A stretch of DNA of 31,158 bases from Macrostomum lignano (GCA_002269645.1 NIVC01000820.1:1-31158); one strand, 5' to 3'. Counted from the first letter of the stretch, positions 1 to 10,976 are shown. Program-made: numbers and translations. Notes: generated by a model not told the origin, from the letters alone.

Positions 1-98
1 TACACCCGGACGGCCCCTTCACCGGCGAGCAGCTGATGCGGCAGGCCGTCAGCTTTGAGAAACTCAAGCTGACCAACAACACGGCGGATAAAGGACAG
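1..98 (+). CDS. TBX20: T-box transcription factor, Tbx20/H15/midline subfamily, internal exon (5' truncated by window)
   Basis: Frame from base 3 reads [49 protein letters not shown] matches the Tbx20 T-box. GT donor at 99-100, phase 0. Confidence 0.9.
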
Positions 99-124
99 GT
101 GGGAGTGGCTGAACGGGCAGAGAG

Positions 125-605
125 AGATGCAGGGAGGACAGATGCAGGGAGATAGATGCGGTGAGATGCAGGAGGATAGATGCAGTGAGGAGAGATGCAG
201 GGAGGAGAGATGCAGGGAGAACAGATGCAGAGAGGAGAGATGCAGGGAGGAGAGATGCAGGGAGGAGAGATGCAGGGAGGAGAGATGCAGGGAGGAGAGA
301 TGCAGGGAGGTGAGATGCAGGGACGAGAGATGCAGGGAGGAGAGATGCAGGGAGGAGAGATGCAGGGAGGAGAGATGCAGGGAGGAGAGATGCAGGGATG
401 AGAGATGCAGGGAGGAGAGATGCAGGGAGGAAAGATGCAGGGAGGAGAGATGCAGGGAGGAGAGATGCAGGGAAGACAGATGCAGGGAAGACAGATGCAG
501 GGAGGAGAGATGCAGGGAGGAGAGATGCAGGGAGGAGAGATGCAGGGAGGAGAGATGCAGGGAGGAGAGATGCAGGAAGGAGAGATGCAGGGCGGAGATG
601 CAGAA
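125..605. repeat. 15-bp minisatellite (AGATGCAGGGAGGAG)n, Tbx20 intron
   Basis: About 30 tandem units read directly. Confidence 0.95.
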
Positions 606-718
606 AAGAGCGGATAAAATCACGGGAGAAATTAGCAGTGGAGGTCCAGAAGTTCAATGCAGCAGCAGGCAGCTTCTCAACTCTCCCCAAACACCCACCT
701 GTGGAACACCTGCAGCAG

Positions 719-904
719 ATTGTGCTGAACTCGATGCACAAGTACCCAGGCCCGCATTCACCTCATGCGGCTGCCGAGCCCCGTCACGGCCGGCCGCGGT
801 TTGGCGGCGACGAAGAGCCGGCAGGCCGCGTCAGCCCGGAGCATCGGCAGTTCCTGCTGCCCGAGACCGTCTTCATCGCCGTGACCGCCTACCAGAACCA
901 GCTG
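719..904 (+). CDS. TBX20: Tbx20 T-box internal exon (contains an apparent pair of compensating indels)
   Basis: CAG acceptor at 716-718, then IVLNSMHKY...FLLPETVFIAVTAYQNQL, GT donor at 905. Canonical T-box motifs. Confidence 0.9.
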
Positions 905-1009
905 GTCAGAGCTCAATGAATTCAATGTCTAATGCGCCTGTTTAGGACTTTTCATTCGCTTTGTTCGTCTGTTCTCGCTCTCCGCGCTCTCATCTTTTGA
1001 TCTCTTTCG

Positions 1010-1550
1010 CTCCTATCTCTATTCTATCTCTTATCTCTCCCTGCTCTCTTATATCTCTGCTCTCTTATCTCTCTGCTCTCTTATCTCTCTGCTCTCTTAT
1101 CTCTCTGCTCTCTTATCTCTACCTTCTCTCTTATCTCTACCTGCTCTCTTATTCTACCCTGCTCTCTTATCTCTCCCTGCTCTCTTATCTCCCTGCTCTT
1201 TCTCTCTCCCTGCTCTCTTATTTCTACCTGCTCTCTTATCTCTCCCTGCTCTCTTATCTCTCCCTGCTCTCTTATCTCTCCCTGCTCTCTTATCTCTCCC
1301 TGCTCTCTTATTTCTACCTGCTCTCTTATCTCTCTGCTCTCTTATCTCTACCTTCTCTCTTATCTCTACCTGCTCTCTTATTTCTACCTGCTCTCTTATC
1401 TCTCCCTGCTCTCTTATCTCTCCCTGCTCTCTTATCTCTCCCTGCTCTCTTATCTCTCTACTGCTCTCTTATCTCTCTACTGCTCTCTTATCTCTCCCTG
1501 CTCTCTTATCTCTCTACTGCTCTCTTATCTCTCTACTGCTCTCTTATCTC
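1010..1550. repeat. ~18-bp pyrimidine minisatellite (CTCTCTTATCTCTCCCTG)n, Tbx20 intron
   Basis: Tandem units with length variants. Confidence 0.93.
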
Positions 1551-1660
1551 TCCCCCGCACTCTCTTGTCACCCTTGCCATCTCTTTCAGACCTTGTCTTC
1601 CTTTCTCTCCTTTTATATTCCTTACTTTCTTGAACTCGTCCCATTTTTAGCAACGCTAGC

Positions 1661-1925
1661 CAGGGGCGTAGCGAGGGGGGTATCGGTATATCGGCCGATA
1701 CCCCCAAATTTCCAAAGCAACATTTTTTTCCTTTTTTCAGTTGCAATTGTGACCGTTAAGGAAGAGAAAGGTATCCAAATCGAAAGAATAACAATTAACA
1801 AACAAATAGAGTAATTATATGTATTATGCACTAGAAATACATTAAGGGGATATGTGGATCTCAAGCCCTTGCTTTCTGATAACAGCTAACCGATACCCCA
1901 AAAAAAAATCCTGGCTACGCCCCTG
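1661..1925. mobile_element. Non-autonomous hAT-like TIR element (MITE), 265 bp
   Basis: Termini CAGGGGCGTAGC / GCTACGCCCCTG (perfect 12-bp TIR, 15/16 extended). Flanked by ACGCTAGC (1653-1660) and ACGCCAGC (1926-1933), a 7/8 target-site duplication. Confidence 0.8.
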
Positions 1926-1955
1926 ACGCCAGCCAACCCACCTCCGACTCCGCAG

Positions 1956-2032
1956 ATAACCAAGCTGAAGATCGAGAGGAACCCGTTTGCCAAGGGATTC
2001 CGGGACGCCGCCAGGGCCTCCGCCTATGACAG
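1956..2032 (+). CDS. TBX20: Tbx20 exon with T-box C-terminus
   Basis: ccgcag acceptor, ITKLKIERNPFAKGFRDAARASAYD(R), AG|GTGAGC donor at 2033, phase 2. Confidence 0.92.
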
Positions 2033-2344
2033 GTGAGCCAAATGTCGCAGTCGAATGGCTTGGGAATTTCGCAGAGTCAGTAGGGCCGCTTGAGGATGCC
2101 TCCCCGGGCACTTGACATTTTCGAAGTGTTGCGAGTTTTTCTTGTTAAAGCTGAAGTTGTCGAACTCCAGTGTTCTGCCTGTTGCAACGCATATTTTAGC
2201 TATCAGTTCGCAAAGACGCTTCTCGCAAATGTTACCAACTGTGGTGAAACTTTCCAATGTGGATTCCACATTTTTTCTTTTACCAGTTGCATTAACTTGA
2301 TGCAGCCACTTACGATGTAGCGCAGGTACATCTGAAGACCTCAG

Positions 2345-3310
2345 TTCAGATCTAAAAGGTGTCAGTGCGGATCTGAGGTGTGTCAGTCTAGATCTGAGGT
2401 GTGTCAGTCTGGATCTGAGGTGTGTCACTCTGGATCTGAAGTGTGTCAGTCTGGATCTGAGGGGTGTCAGTTCGGATCTGAAGTGTGTCAGTCTGGATCT
2501 GAAGTGTGTCAGTCTGGATCTGAAGGGGTGTCAGTTCGGATCTGAAGTGTGTCAGTCTGGATCTGAAGTGTGTCAGTATGGATCTGAGGGGTGTCAGTGC
2601 GGATCTGAGGTGTGTCAGTCTAGATCTGAGGTGTGTCAGTCTGGATCTGAGGTGTGTCAGTCTGGATCTGAAGTGTGTCAGTCTGGATCTGAGGGGTGTC
2701 AGTTCGGATCTGAAGTGTGTCAGTCTGGATCTGAAGTGTGTCAGTCTGGATCTGAGGGGTGTCAGTGCGGATCTGAGGTGTGTCAGTCTAGATCTGAGGT
2801 GTGTCAGTCTGGATCTGAGGTGTGTCACTCTGGATCTGAAGTGTGTCAGTCTGGATCTGAGGGGTGTCAGTTCGGATCTGAAGTGTGTCAGTCTGGATCT
2901 GAGGTGTGTCACTCTGGATCTGAGGGGTGTCAGTTCGGATCTGAAGTGTGTCAGTCTGGATCTGAAGTGTGTCAGTCTGGATCTGAAGTGTGTCAGTGCG
3001 GATCTGAGGTGTGTCAGTCTAGATCTGAGGTGTGTCAGTCTGGATCTGAGGTGTGTCACTCTGGATCTGAAGTGTGTCAGTCTGGATCTGAGGGGTGTCA
3101 GTTCGGATCTGAAGTGTGTCAGTCTGGATCTGAAGTGTGTCAGTCTGGATCTGAAGGGGTGTCAGTTCGGATCTGAAGTGTGTCAGTCTAGATCGGAAGT
3201 GTGTCAGTCTGTATCTGAGGTGTGTCAGTCTAGATCGGAAGTGTGTCAGTCTGGATCTGAGGGGTGTCAGTTCGAATCTGAGGTGTGTCAGTTCGGATCT
3301 GAGTTGTGTC
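2345..3310. repeat. 21-bp minisatellite (GGATCTGAAGTGTGTCAGTCT)n
   Basis: About 45 tandem units. Confidence 0.95.
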
Positions 3311-3750
3311 AGTTTGGGTCTCAGGAGTGTCACCTCAGATCCGAGGGGACAACGGATCTCTGTTGCTGCATCCATCCTCCCCCTGTGACATTCCATCACA
3401 TATCATAGCGTGCAGGTTTTTATGCAATAAACTTAATCAATTACACTCGGCAGGTGAACTTGATCTGCATAGCAACAATTGAAATGCAGTGCCAGACAAT
3501 AGTTACGTCGCAGTCCTGTTATCCCGACCAATGACCGTGTCTAGACACCGTGAATGATGCATTTGTAAATCTTGGGAGCCACTTGAATGCGAACACAGAC
3601 CGGTCCCGGGGGTTCGCGGACCCTCCCTGCTCCGTCCGTGCGGGCTGCCAGTCAAGTGTCAGCTGGGGTCCTCATGCTTGATGCAGCGCAGCCATGCAAT
3701 TGGACATGGAAAGTTCCACAAATAAAATAACGGCTACTGCACATCCTCAG

Positions 3751-3889
3751 GGCGGACGGCGGAGGCGGCGGCTGCGGAATGGATGAACCTCAGCCCGATG
3801 AGGCACCCCAGCTGCCAGCCGCCATTGATCTGCCACCGCTGCACTGGGCCTGCCACCTCTGCAGCGGCAGCAAGCGGAAGATGCGCTGA
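3751..3889 (+). CDS. TBX20: Candidate terminal exon of Tbx20
   Basis: catcctcag acceptor. Phase 2 matches the upstream donor and gives (R)ADGGGGGCGMDEPQPDEAPQLPAAIDLPPLHWACHLCSGSKRKMR-stop. GC-rich, but no recognisable homology. Confidence 0.4.
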
Positions 3890-3929
3890 GTCAACTCATG
3901 AACTGCTGAGCAGCCTCGGACTGGCGAGG

Positions 3930-4100
3930 GGGCGATTCCGGGCGATTCTAGGGGGCGATTTTTGAGGGGCGATTCTAGAGGGGCGATTCTAGAGAGCGAT
4001 TCTAGGAGGCGATTCTAGAGGGCAATTCTAGAGGGCGATTCTAGAGGGCGATTCTAGAGGGACGATTCTAGAGGGAGATTCTAAGGGTGATTCTAGAGGA
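3930..4100. repeat. ~13-bp repeat (GGGCGATTCTAGA)n
   Basis: About 12 degenerate units. Confidence 0.88.
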
Positions 4101-4857
4101 GGGCCGACTCGTAGATCCTAGAGTTACTGACAATTATTGATTGGTGAGCGATATTCCTCATCAACAGGTGAGGGCAACACAATGCACCGGACTGACAGCT
4201 ACCAGCAGACAAGTTACCAGATTAATTGCCTCTGCCCTGCTTCAGTGTTGCATGTTAACCGGTATATTAATCAATATTGCTATTCCTTTCCTTTCTTGTG
4301 AACAATTTCTTCAAAGTCTGCCTCGCACTGGCGCTCGGAAACAAACTGTTGGATTTTTTGGACCCCTGCCGCTGCTTCCCATACATTTTTTAATCCCTTT
4401 GGCCCCCAAAGGGCCCCCAGTCGCAGCTCGTGTGCGCGCCCTCTGCCTTTGCGAACCGAAAAAGAAAAAAATGTGTTAAAAGCAGCCACTTTAACCTGCT
4501 AGAAATTTTCTCCCGCCAAAGCAAACGGCAAGTTTTGCTGCTCTTGCTGCGCGCTAAGTTGTCTTCTTTTACAAAACCGCAGCGGTGTCTCGAACTGACG
4601 CGAGTTTTGCCACAAGCCGAAGAAGTGAAGAATTTCAGTGAAACTTCAGCTCTTTGAGTTCTTGTTCAAAAGCAAAAAATTGTCTGAATACTCGTAACCA
4701 TGAAAGGTAACTGAAATATTTTTTTAAAGCAAAGAAATCATAGGACAGAACAGAAATACAACGTTTAATCGTCATTGAAACTAGCGAGTTGGCAACTTGA
4801 GCAAACAGTTGAGGTGGCCTCTTCTGAGCCTTACTAAATGCTTTAGGTTAAGAAGAG

Positions 4858-5615
4858 GCCCAGCAGCTGGGGATCTGGGAGGCTGGCCCAGCAACTGAGG
4901 ATCTGGGTGGCTGGCCCAGCAACTGAGGATCTGGGAGGCTGCCCCAGCAACTGAAAATCTGAGAGGCTGGCCCAGCAACTGAGGATCTGGGAGGCTGGCC
5001 CAGCAACTGAAGATCTGGGAGGCTGGCCCAGCAACTGAAGATCTGGGAGGCTGGCCCAGCAACTGAGGATCTGAGAGGCTGGCGGTGGCCCAGCAACTGA
5101 GGATCTGGGAGGCTGGCCCAGCAACTGAGGATCTGAGAGGCTGCCCCAGCAACTGAGGATCTGGGAGGCTGCCCCAGCAACTGAGGATCTGGGAGGCTGG
5201 CCCAGCAACTGAGGATCTGAGAGGCTGCCCCAGCAACTGAAGATCTGGGAGGCTGGCCCAGCAACTGAAGATCTGGGAGGCTGGCCCAGCAACTGAGGAT
5301 CTGAGAGGCTGGCGGTGGCCCAGCAACTGAGGATCTGGGAGGCTGGCCCAGCAACTGAGGATCTGAGAGGCTGGCGGTGGCCCAGCAACTGAGGATCTGG
5401 AAGGCTGGCCCAGCAACTGAGGATCTGAGAGGCTGGCCCAGCAACTGAGGATCTGAGAGGCTGGCGGTGGCCCAGCAACTGAGGATCTGGAAGGCTGGCC
5501 CAGCAACTGAGGATCTGGAAGGCTGGCCCAGCAACTGAGGATCTGAGAGGCTGGCCCAGCAACTGAGGATCTGAGAGGCTGGCCCAGCAACTGAGGATCT
5601 GAGAGGCTGGCCCAG
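4858..5615. repeat. 28-bp minisatellite (GGCTGGCCCAGCAACTGAGGATCTGGGA)n
   Basis: Tandem units with 27- and 34-bp variants. Confidence 0.95.
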
Positions 5616-6269
5616 CCAAGATGTGTGGTGCAATAAACTTTAAATTTCCAGTCGAAACTAATTATGGCTCGCATAGTAATCGCATGGGTGAGCCAATAAG
5701 CATAATTATCAGTTCTGTAAATATGAAGGGCTGCAATGTATTTTTCAGAGTTCCAGCAGAGTAGCCGTTCGGTGTACACAGATTCTGCATGCAAGCTGTT
5801 TATAATAGCACAAAATTTTCTTATATGGCAAATCAAAACCAAATCTGCTATCAAATATGACGCAGCGCATACTACTCAGACAAATCTAGTAGTACATAAA
5901 ATAAAAGAAAATTGCCAAGCATAATCAGATAATTTAATAAACTAAGCATAAATACAGAAGGCATGCAAATTTAACTAAACTACTGCCGAGTTAAGATTAT
6001 GGCAGTAGTGCGCAGAGGACATGCAATAAAAAACTTTAACAGCAATGCTAGATAAACATTTTAATAAAAATAATATTTACATAGAATTAAAAGCGACAAG
6101 CATTAATCAGCATCTACTACTTAAGTAACCTCAGCGTGATACTCAAGCAGCTCTTAATACACTGGCAGTAAGGCAAACTTTATTGATGTCAAATTTGTAC
6201 TGAAATAAAAATAATCGGCATTTCGCACCCGCTTCGTCAGCTAATGTGAAAACAGTTCACGGACTGCTT

Positions 6270-7275
6270 AGGTGATTCAGGAACAGCTCAGGTGATTCAG
6301 GAACAGCTCAGGTGATTCAGGAACAGCTCAGGTGATTCAGGAACAGCTCAGGTGATTCAGGAACAGCTCAGGTGATTCAGGAACAGCTCAGGTGATTCAG
6401 GAACAGCTCAGGTGATTCAGGAACAGCTCAGGTGATTCAGGAACAGCCTAGGTGATTCAGGAACAGCTCAGGTGATTCAGGAACAGCTCAGGTCATTCAG
6501 GAACAGCTCAGGTCATTCAGGAACAGCTCAGGTGATTCAGGAACAGCTCAGGTCATTCAGGAACAGCTCAGGTGATTCAGGAACAGCTCAGGTGATTCAG
6601 GAACAGCTCAGGTGATTCAGGAACAGCTCAGGTGATTCAGGAACAGCTCAGGTGATTCAGGAACAGCCTAGGTGATTCAGGAACAGCTCAGGTGATTCAG
6701 GAACAGCTCAGGTCATTCAGGAACAGCTCAGGTCATTCAGGAACAGCTCAGGTCATTCAGGAACAGCTCAGGTCATTCAGGAACAGCTCAGGTCATTCAG
6801 AAACAGCTCAGGTCATTAAGGAACATCTCAGGTCATTCAGGAACAGCTCAGGTCATCCAGGAACAGCTCAGGTGATTCAGGAACAGCTCAGGTCATTCAG
6901 GAACAGCTCAGGTCATTCAGGAACAGCTCAGGTCATTCAGAAACAGCTCAGGTCATTCAGGAACAGCTCAGGTGATTCAGGAACAGCTCAGGTGATTCAG
7001 GAACAGCTCAGGTGATTCAGGAACAGCTCATGTGATTCAGGAACAGCTCAGGTGATTCAGGAACAGCTCAGGTGATTCAGGAACAGCTCATGTGATTCAG
7101 GAACAGCTCAGGTGATTCAGGAACAGCTCAGGTCATTCAGGAACAGCTCAGGTCATTCAGGAACAGCTCAGGTCATTCAGGAACAGCTCAGGTCATTCAG
7201 GAACAGCTCAGGTCATTCAGAAACAGCTCAGGTCATTCAGAAACAGCTCAGGTGATTCAGGAACAGCTCAGGTGA
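6270..7275. repeat. 20-bp minisatellite (GGTGATTCAGGAACAGCTCA)n
   Basis: About 50 near-perfect units, ending ~30 bp from the parvin stop codon. Confidence 0.97.
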
Positions 7276-7305
7276 GGTGAGTCAGAAGTGAGTTCAACAA
7301 GGCAG

Positions 7306-7825
7306 TCACTGCCTGCCGCTCTTATACTTGGAGAAGATCGGCAGTCCGACCCGCAGGGCGGCCTTCAGGTCGCCGGCCACCAACTCCTCTGGCCGGGTCG
7401 TGGGCCTCAGAATCCCGGCGTCCTCCATCAGGTCAAACAGCAGGGAGACGTTGGCGACCCGCTGCTCCTTGGTGGCGGACACGCTGGTGTAAAAGTGCAG
7501 CGGCACGAAGTAGCCCTCGAGCAGGCCGAGCAGGATGATTAGGTTCACCCCGTCGGCCAAGTCCCTGGCCAGGTCGGTCACCTCGATGTTCAAGCAGGCC
7601 AAGTTGCTGTTGATGAACAGCATTAGGTGGCGCTCCAGCAGACCGACCCGCTCGGGGCTTCGCTCGAAGATGTCGTCCAGCATGTCGCGCTCGGCGTCGG
7701 CCAGGCAGAACACGTCCTCCGGGCCCGTGACGCTCTCTAGCCGGCGGGTGTACTGCAGGGCGCCGTCTCGCTTCTGCACCACCAGCACCGGCACCGTCAC
7801 CCGGCCTGGTAGCTTGATGGGCGCT
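7306..7825 (-). CDS. parvin: Parvin exon 3 (linker and second CH domain, stop)
   Basis: (R)APIKLPGRVTVPVLVVQKRDG...DLADGVNLIILLGLLEGYFVPLH...RPEELVAGDLKAALRV..FSKYK matches parvin CH2. Phase 2 junction consistent. The three exons total 1068 nt. Confidence 0.93.
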
Positions 7826-7859
7826 CTGCGGGGTGGGGCGGATTCGGTATAGCTGGAGG

Positions 7860-8865
7860 GGTGGATCGGATCGGCTAGGGGGGGGGGCGGATCTGAGTGG
7901 CTCTGGGGGGCGGATCAGAGTAGCTCGGGGGGGCGGATTAGAGTGGCTCAGAGGGGGTGGCGGATCGGAGTGGCTCAGGGGGGGGGCGGATCTGAGTGGC
8001 TCTGGGGGGCGGATCAGAGTAGCTCGGGGGGGCGGATTAGAGTGGCTCAGAGGGGGTGGCGGATCGGAGTGGCTCAGGGGGGGGGCGGATCTGAGTGGCT
8101 CTGGGGGGCGGATCAGAGTAGCTCGGGGGGGCGGATTAGAGTGGCTCAGAGGGGGGCGGATCAGAGTAGCTCAGGGGGCGGATTAGAGTGGCTCAGGGGG
8201 GGGGGCGGATCAGAGTAGCTCGGGGGGGGCGGATCAGAGTGGCTCAGGGGGCGGATCTGAGTGGCTCAGGCGGTGGGGCGGATCAGAGTGGCTCAGAGGG
8301 GGCGAATCAGAGTGGCTCAGAGGGGGGCGAATCAGAGTGGCTCAGAGGGGGGCGAATCAGAGTGGCTCAGAGGGGGGCGAATCAGAGTGGCTCAGGGGGC
8401 GGATCAGAGTAGTTCGGGGAGGGCGGATCAGAGTGGCTAGGGGGGGGGGCGGATCAGAGTGGCTCGGGGCGGATCAGAGTGGCTCAGAGGGGGCGGATCA
8501 GAGTGGCTCAGAGGGGGCGGTTCAGAGTGGCTCAGAGGGGCGGATCAGAGTGGCTCAGGGGGGGGGCGGATCAGAGTAGCTCGGGGCGGATCAGAGTGGC
8601 TCAGGGGCGGATCTGAGTGGCTAGGGGGGGGGCGGATCAGAGTGGCTCAGAGTTGCGGATCAGAGTGGCTCAGAGGGGCGGATCAGAGGGGCGGATCAGA
8701 GTGGCTCAGAGGGGCGGATCAGAGTGGCTCAGGGGGGGCGGATCAGAGTAGCTCGGGGGGGGGGCGGATCAGAGTGGCTCAGGGGGCGGATCAGAGTGGC
8801 TCAGGGGGCGGATCTGAGTGGCTCAGAGGGGCGGATCAGAGTGGCTAGGGGGGGCGGATCAGACA
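7860..8865. repeat. G-rich ~20-24-bp minisatellite (GGGGCGGATCAGAGTGGCTCA)n filling parvin intron 2
   Basis: Units with variable G-run length occupy almost the whole intron. Confidence 0.95.
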
Positions 8866-8881
8866 CCCCTAGCCGGCTCAC

Positions 8882-9335
8882 CTGGCCGCAGACGCGATGG
8901 CCACCAGAAGTCTCAGCACGGGCACCAGCTGCCGGCCGTAAATCTCCTCGGCCGTCCACTCGGCCCGCCGGCCAAGCAATTCGTCCAGGGCGGCCAAGAC
9001 GCTCTCGAGCCGCTGGCGCTGGCCGTGGGCGGAGTGGATGACGTCCGGCTCGCTCAGCGTGCGGTTGAACAGCCGGTGAAGCAGAATCTGCAACACCTGG
9101 CCGTCGTAGAGATCGTCGGCCAGAGACCTGACAACCATGCGGTCGGCCACCAGGACCTCGTTGAGCCAGTCCTTCAGCACGGCGATCAGGTTGGTCAGGG
9201 CCTCGTCCGCGTCCTTCTCAACCACCATGCGCCGCTCGCCGCCCTCCTCCAGCTTGAAGTCCTCGGGCTCGAGCTTGTCCTCGGTCCGGCCGTCTGTTGT
9301 GATGGCGTTCAGGCCCTCCTGCTCGAGGGCGGCGG
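8882..9335 (-). CDS. parvin: Parvin exon 2 (first calponin-homology domain)
   Basis: EQEGLNAI...LKDWLNEVLVADRMVVRSLADDLYDGQVLQ...LRLLVAI matches parvin CH1. CAG acceptor and AG|GTGAGC donor. Confidence 0.93.
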
Positions 9336-10675
9336 CTGCCGGGTGTTGGGGGGAACAAATGATGTACATTCAGCAGGTGCAGTGCATATGTGGGCGCATT
9401 TTTGGAATGAAACAGTCTTACTAGTGCTGGCAACACAGAAGCTAGTTGCTACTGGAAGAATAGTAGTAGTATTAGTATTAGTAGTTGCAGTAGTACAGTG
9501 TTTTTATTTTTATAGTTAATGCATTTTTAAAAATCTTACTATGAGTATTAGTAAGTATAGTATTAAAAAAGAGATTATGCATGCAATATTCTGCTATTAT
9601 TACTATAAGTAAAGCATTAAGAAAATGTCAGGGATACATGTAGATTCAACTTTAGTTTCTTTTCTTTGCTAGAATTATTTGGCATTCTTAGGGCCTATAG
9701 CTAATAAAATAAAAGCCTAGATGGCAATTGGTATGATGAAAAATTGTGATTTTCAAGAGAGATTTAAGCATAAATTTTGCTTTGAAAGGGGGAATATTTA
9801 GGAGCATAAAATCTACATTTCAAATAAAAGAGCATCTAAGGATTAAATATGTTGAATCTTGCATTATATTACTTAATTAAATTTTATACAAGGCCAATTC
9901 ATTTAAAGCTTATGCTAGATGGCTAACCTTCCAAGGCATAGGTTTATATGCCTAACAATTAAATAGATAGAGCCACCTAGGGTGTATTTCATACATTAAA
10001 TGCATACAAAAAGCTTTAACCAACAAAGGTGTGCAGAACAGTAGGTTTTTTTGCTAGAAATTTGTACATATTGTTAGATTAGTGTAGCAATGGTAGTATT
10101 AGTGCCAATAATAATTTATAAAAGCTTTCTTAAAGCCAACATATAATGAATTTTTTTGTGCTTAGGCATTTAATTTTTTATTTTCTATGCAGAACTTATT
10201 TGTTTTTAAGATGAATTTTACCTTGCATTGCAAGGCCATTATCATTAAGGTAATATAGCCTATTGATGATTATTATCAATTAATATATCCTATTTTTGTA
10301 AAGAGGACAGCTAACATGGCATTTTGGTATTGATATGATTATGATAATACTTTATCATTTAAGGATTTATCTTAATGATTCTTATATTGATAATATGTTC
10401 ATAAAACTGTATAAAATAACATCTTTTAGAAGTTATTGAAATTTTTTGAGACTTGTAAAAGAAATACTTGTAGGCATTTGTATGATTTCTACAAAATAAG
10501 CAAATTTTTATAAAGGAAATAGCTCTTATAGCTATGACTATAGGAAAATGGTGATATTATAAAGAAGCCATAGATTTTGCTACAAGTATGCATGCATATT
10601 AGAGTTTCTATTATTCCTATTATAAGGACCCTGTTATTGATATAAATGATAATGGTGGAATTCAAAGCAATAACC

Positions 10676-10768
10676 GGCATAGTTCTAGTTTACTGCGTTA
10701 AATTATTTCGCCCTCTATTCAAGGGTAGAGGGGGGTTGGAATATAACGAAGTAAACTAGAACTATGCC
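10676..10768. mobile_element. 93-bp MITE with 25-bp TIRs and perfect 8-bp TSD
   Basis: TIR GGCATAGTTCTAGTTTACT(G/T)CGTTA, 24/25 identical. CAATAACC directly repeated at 10668-10675 and 10769-10776. Confidence 0.85.
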
Positions 10769-10882
10769 CAATAACCATATTGCCAATCAACATATTATAC
10801 CAATACTAAGCCAAAGCGTTTATTATAAGTTCAAAAAATCTCCAGCTATTTTTGGAAGAAAACAAAAGTTTACAATCATTAC

Positions 10883-10976
10883 CTTCATCCTTTTCTTTAG
10901 CTTTCTTTTTTGACAGTGTTGTAAATTTTTCAAAAAGTGGGAAAGAATCATCGGGTTTTGGAGTTTTAGCCGCCAT
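10883..10976 (-). CDS. parvin: Parvin exon 1
   Basis: MAAKTPKPDDSFPLFEKFTTLSKKKAKEKDE resembles the parvin N-terminal DDSF..K..TL.RxKKAKE motif. G|GTAATG donor, phase 1 matches exon 2. Confidence 0.8.

Noticed and set aside
64-8850. Long ORFs such as (REERC)n, (LLPAS)n, (SEVCQSG)n, (LGQPLRSSVAG)n, (RGGSEWL)n
   Set aside because: They are translations of intronic or intergenic minisatellites, open in several frames and on both strands, and are interrupted by real exons in other frames.
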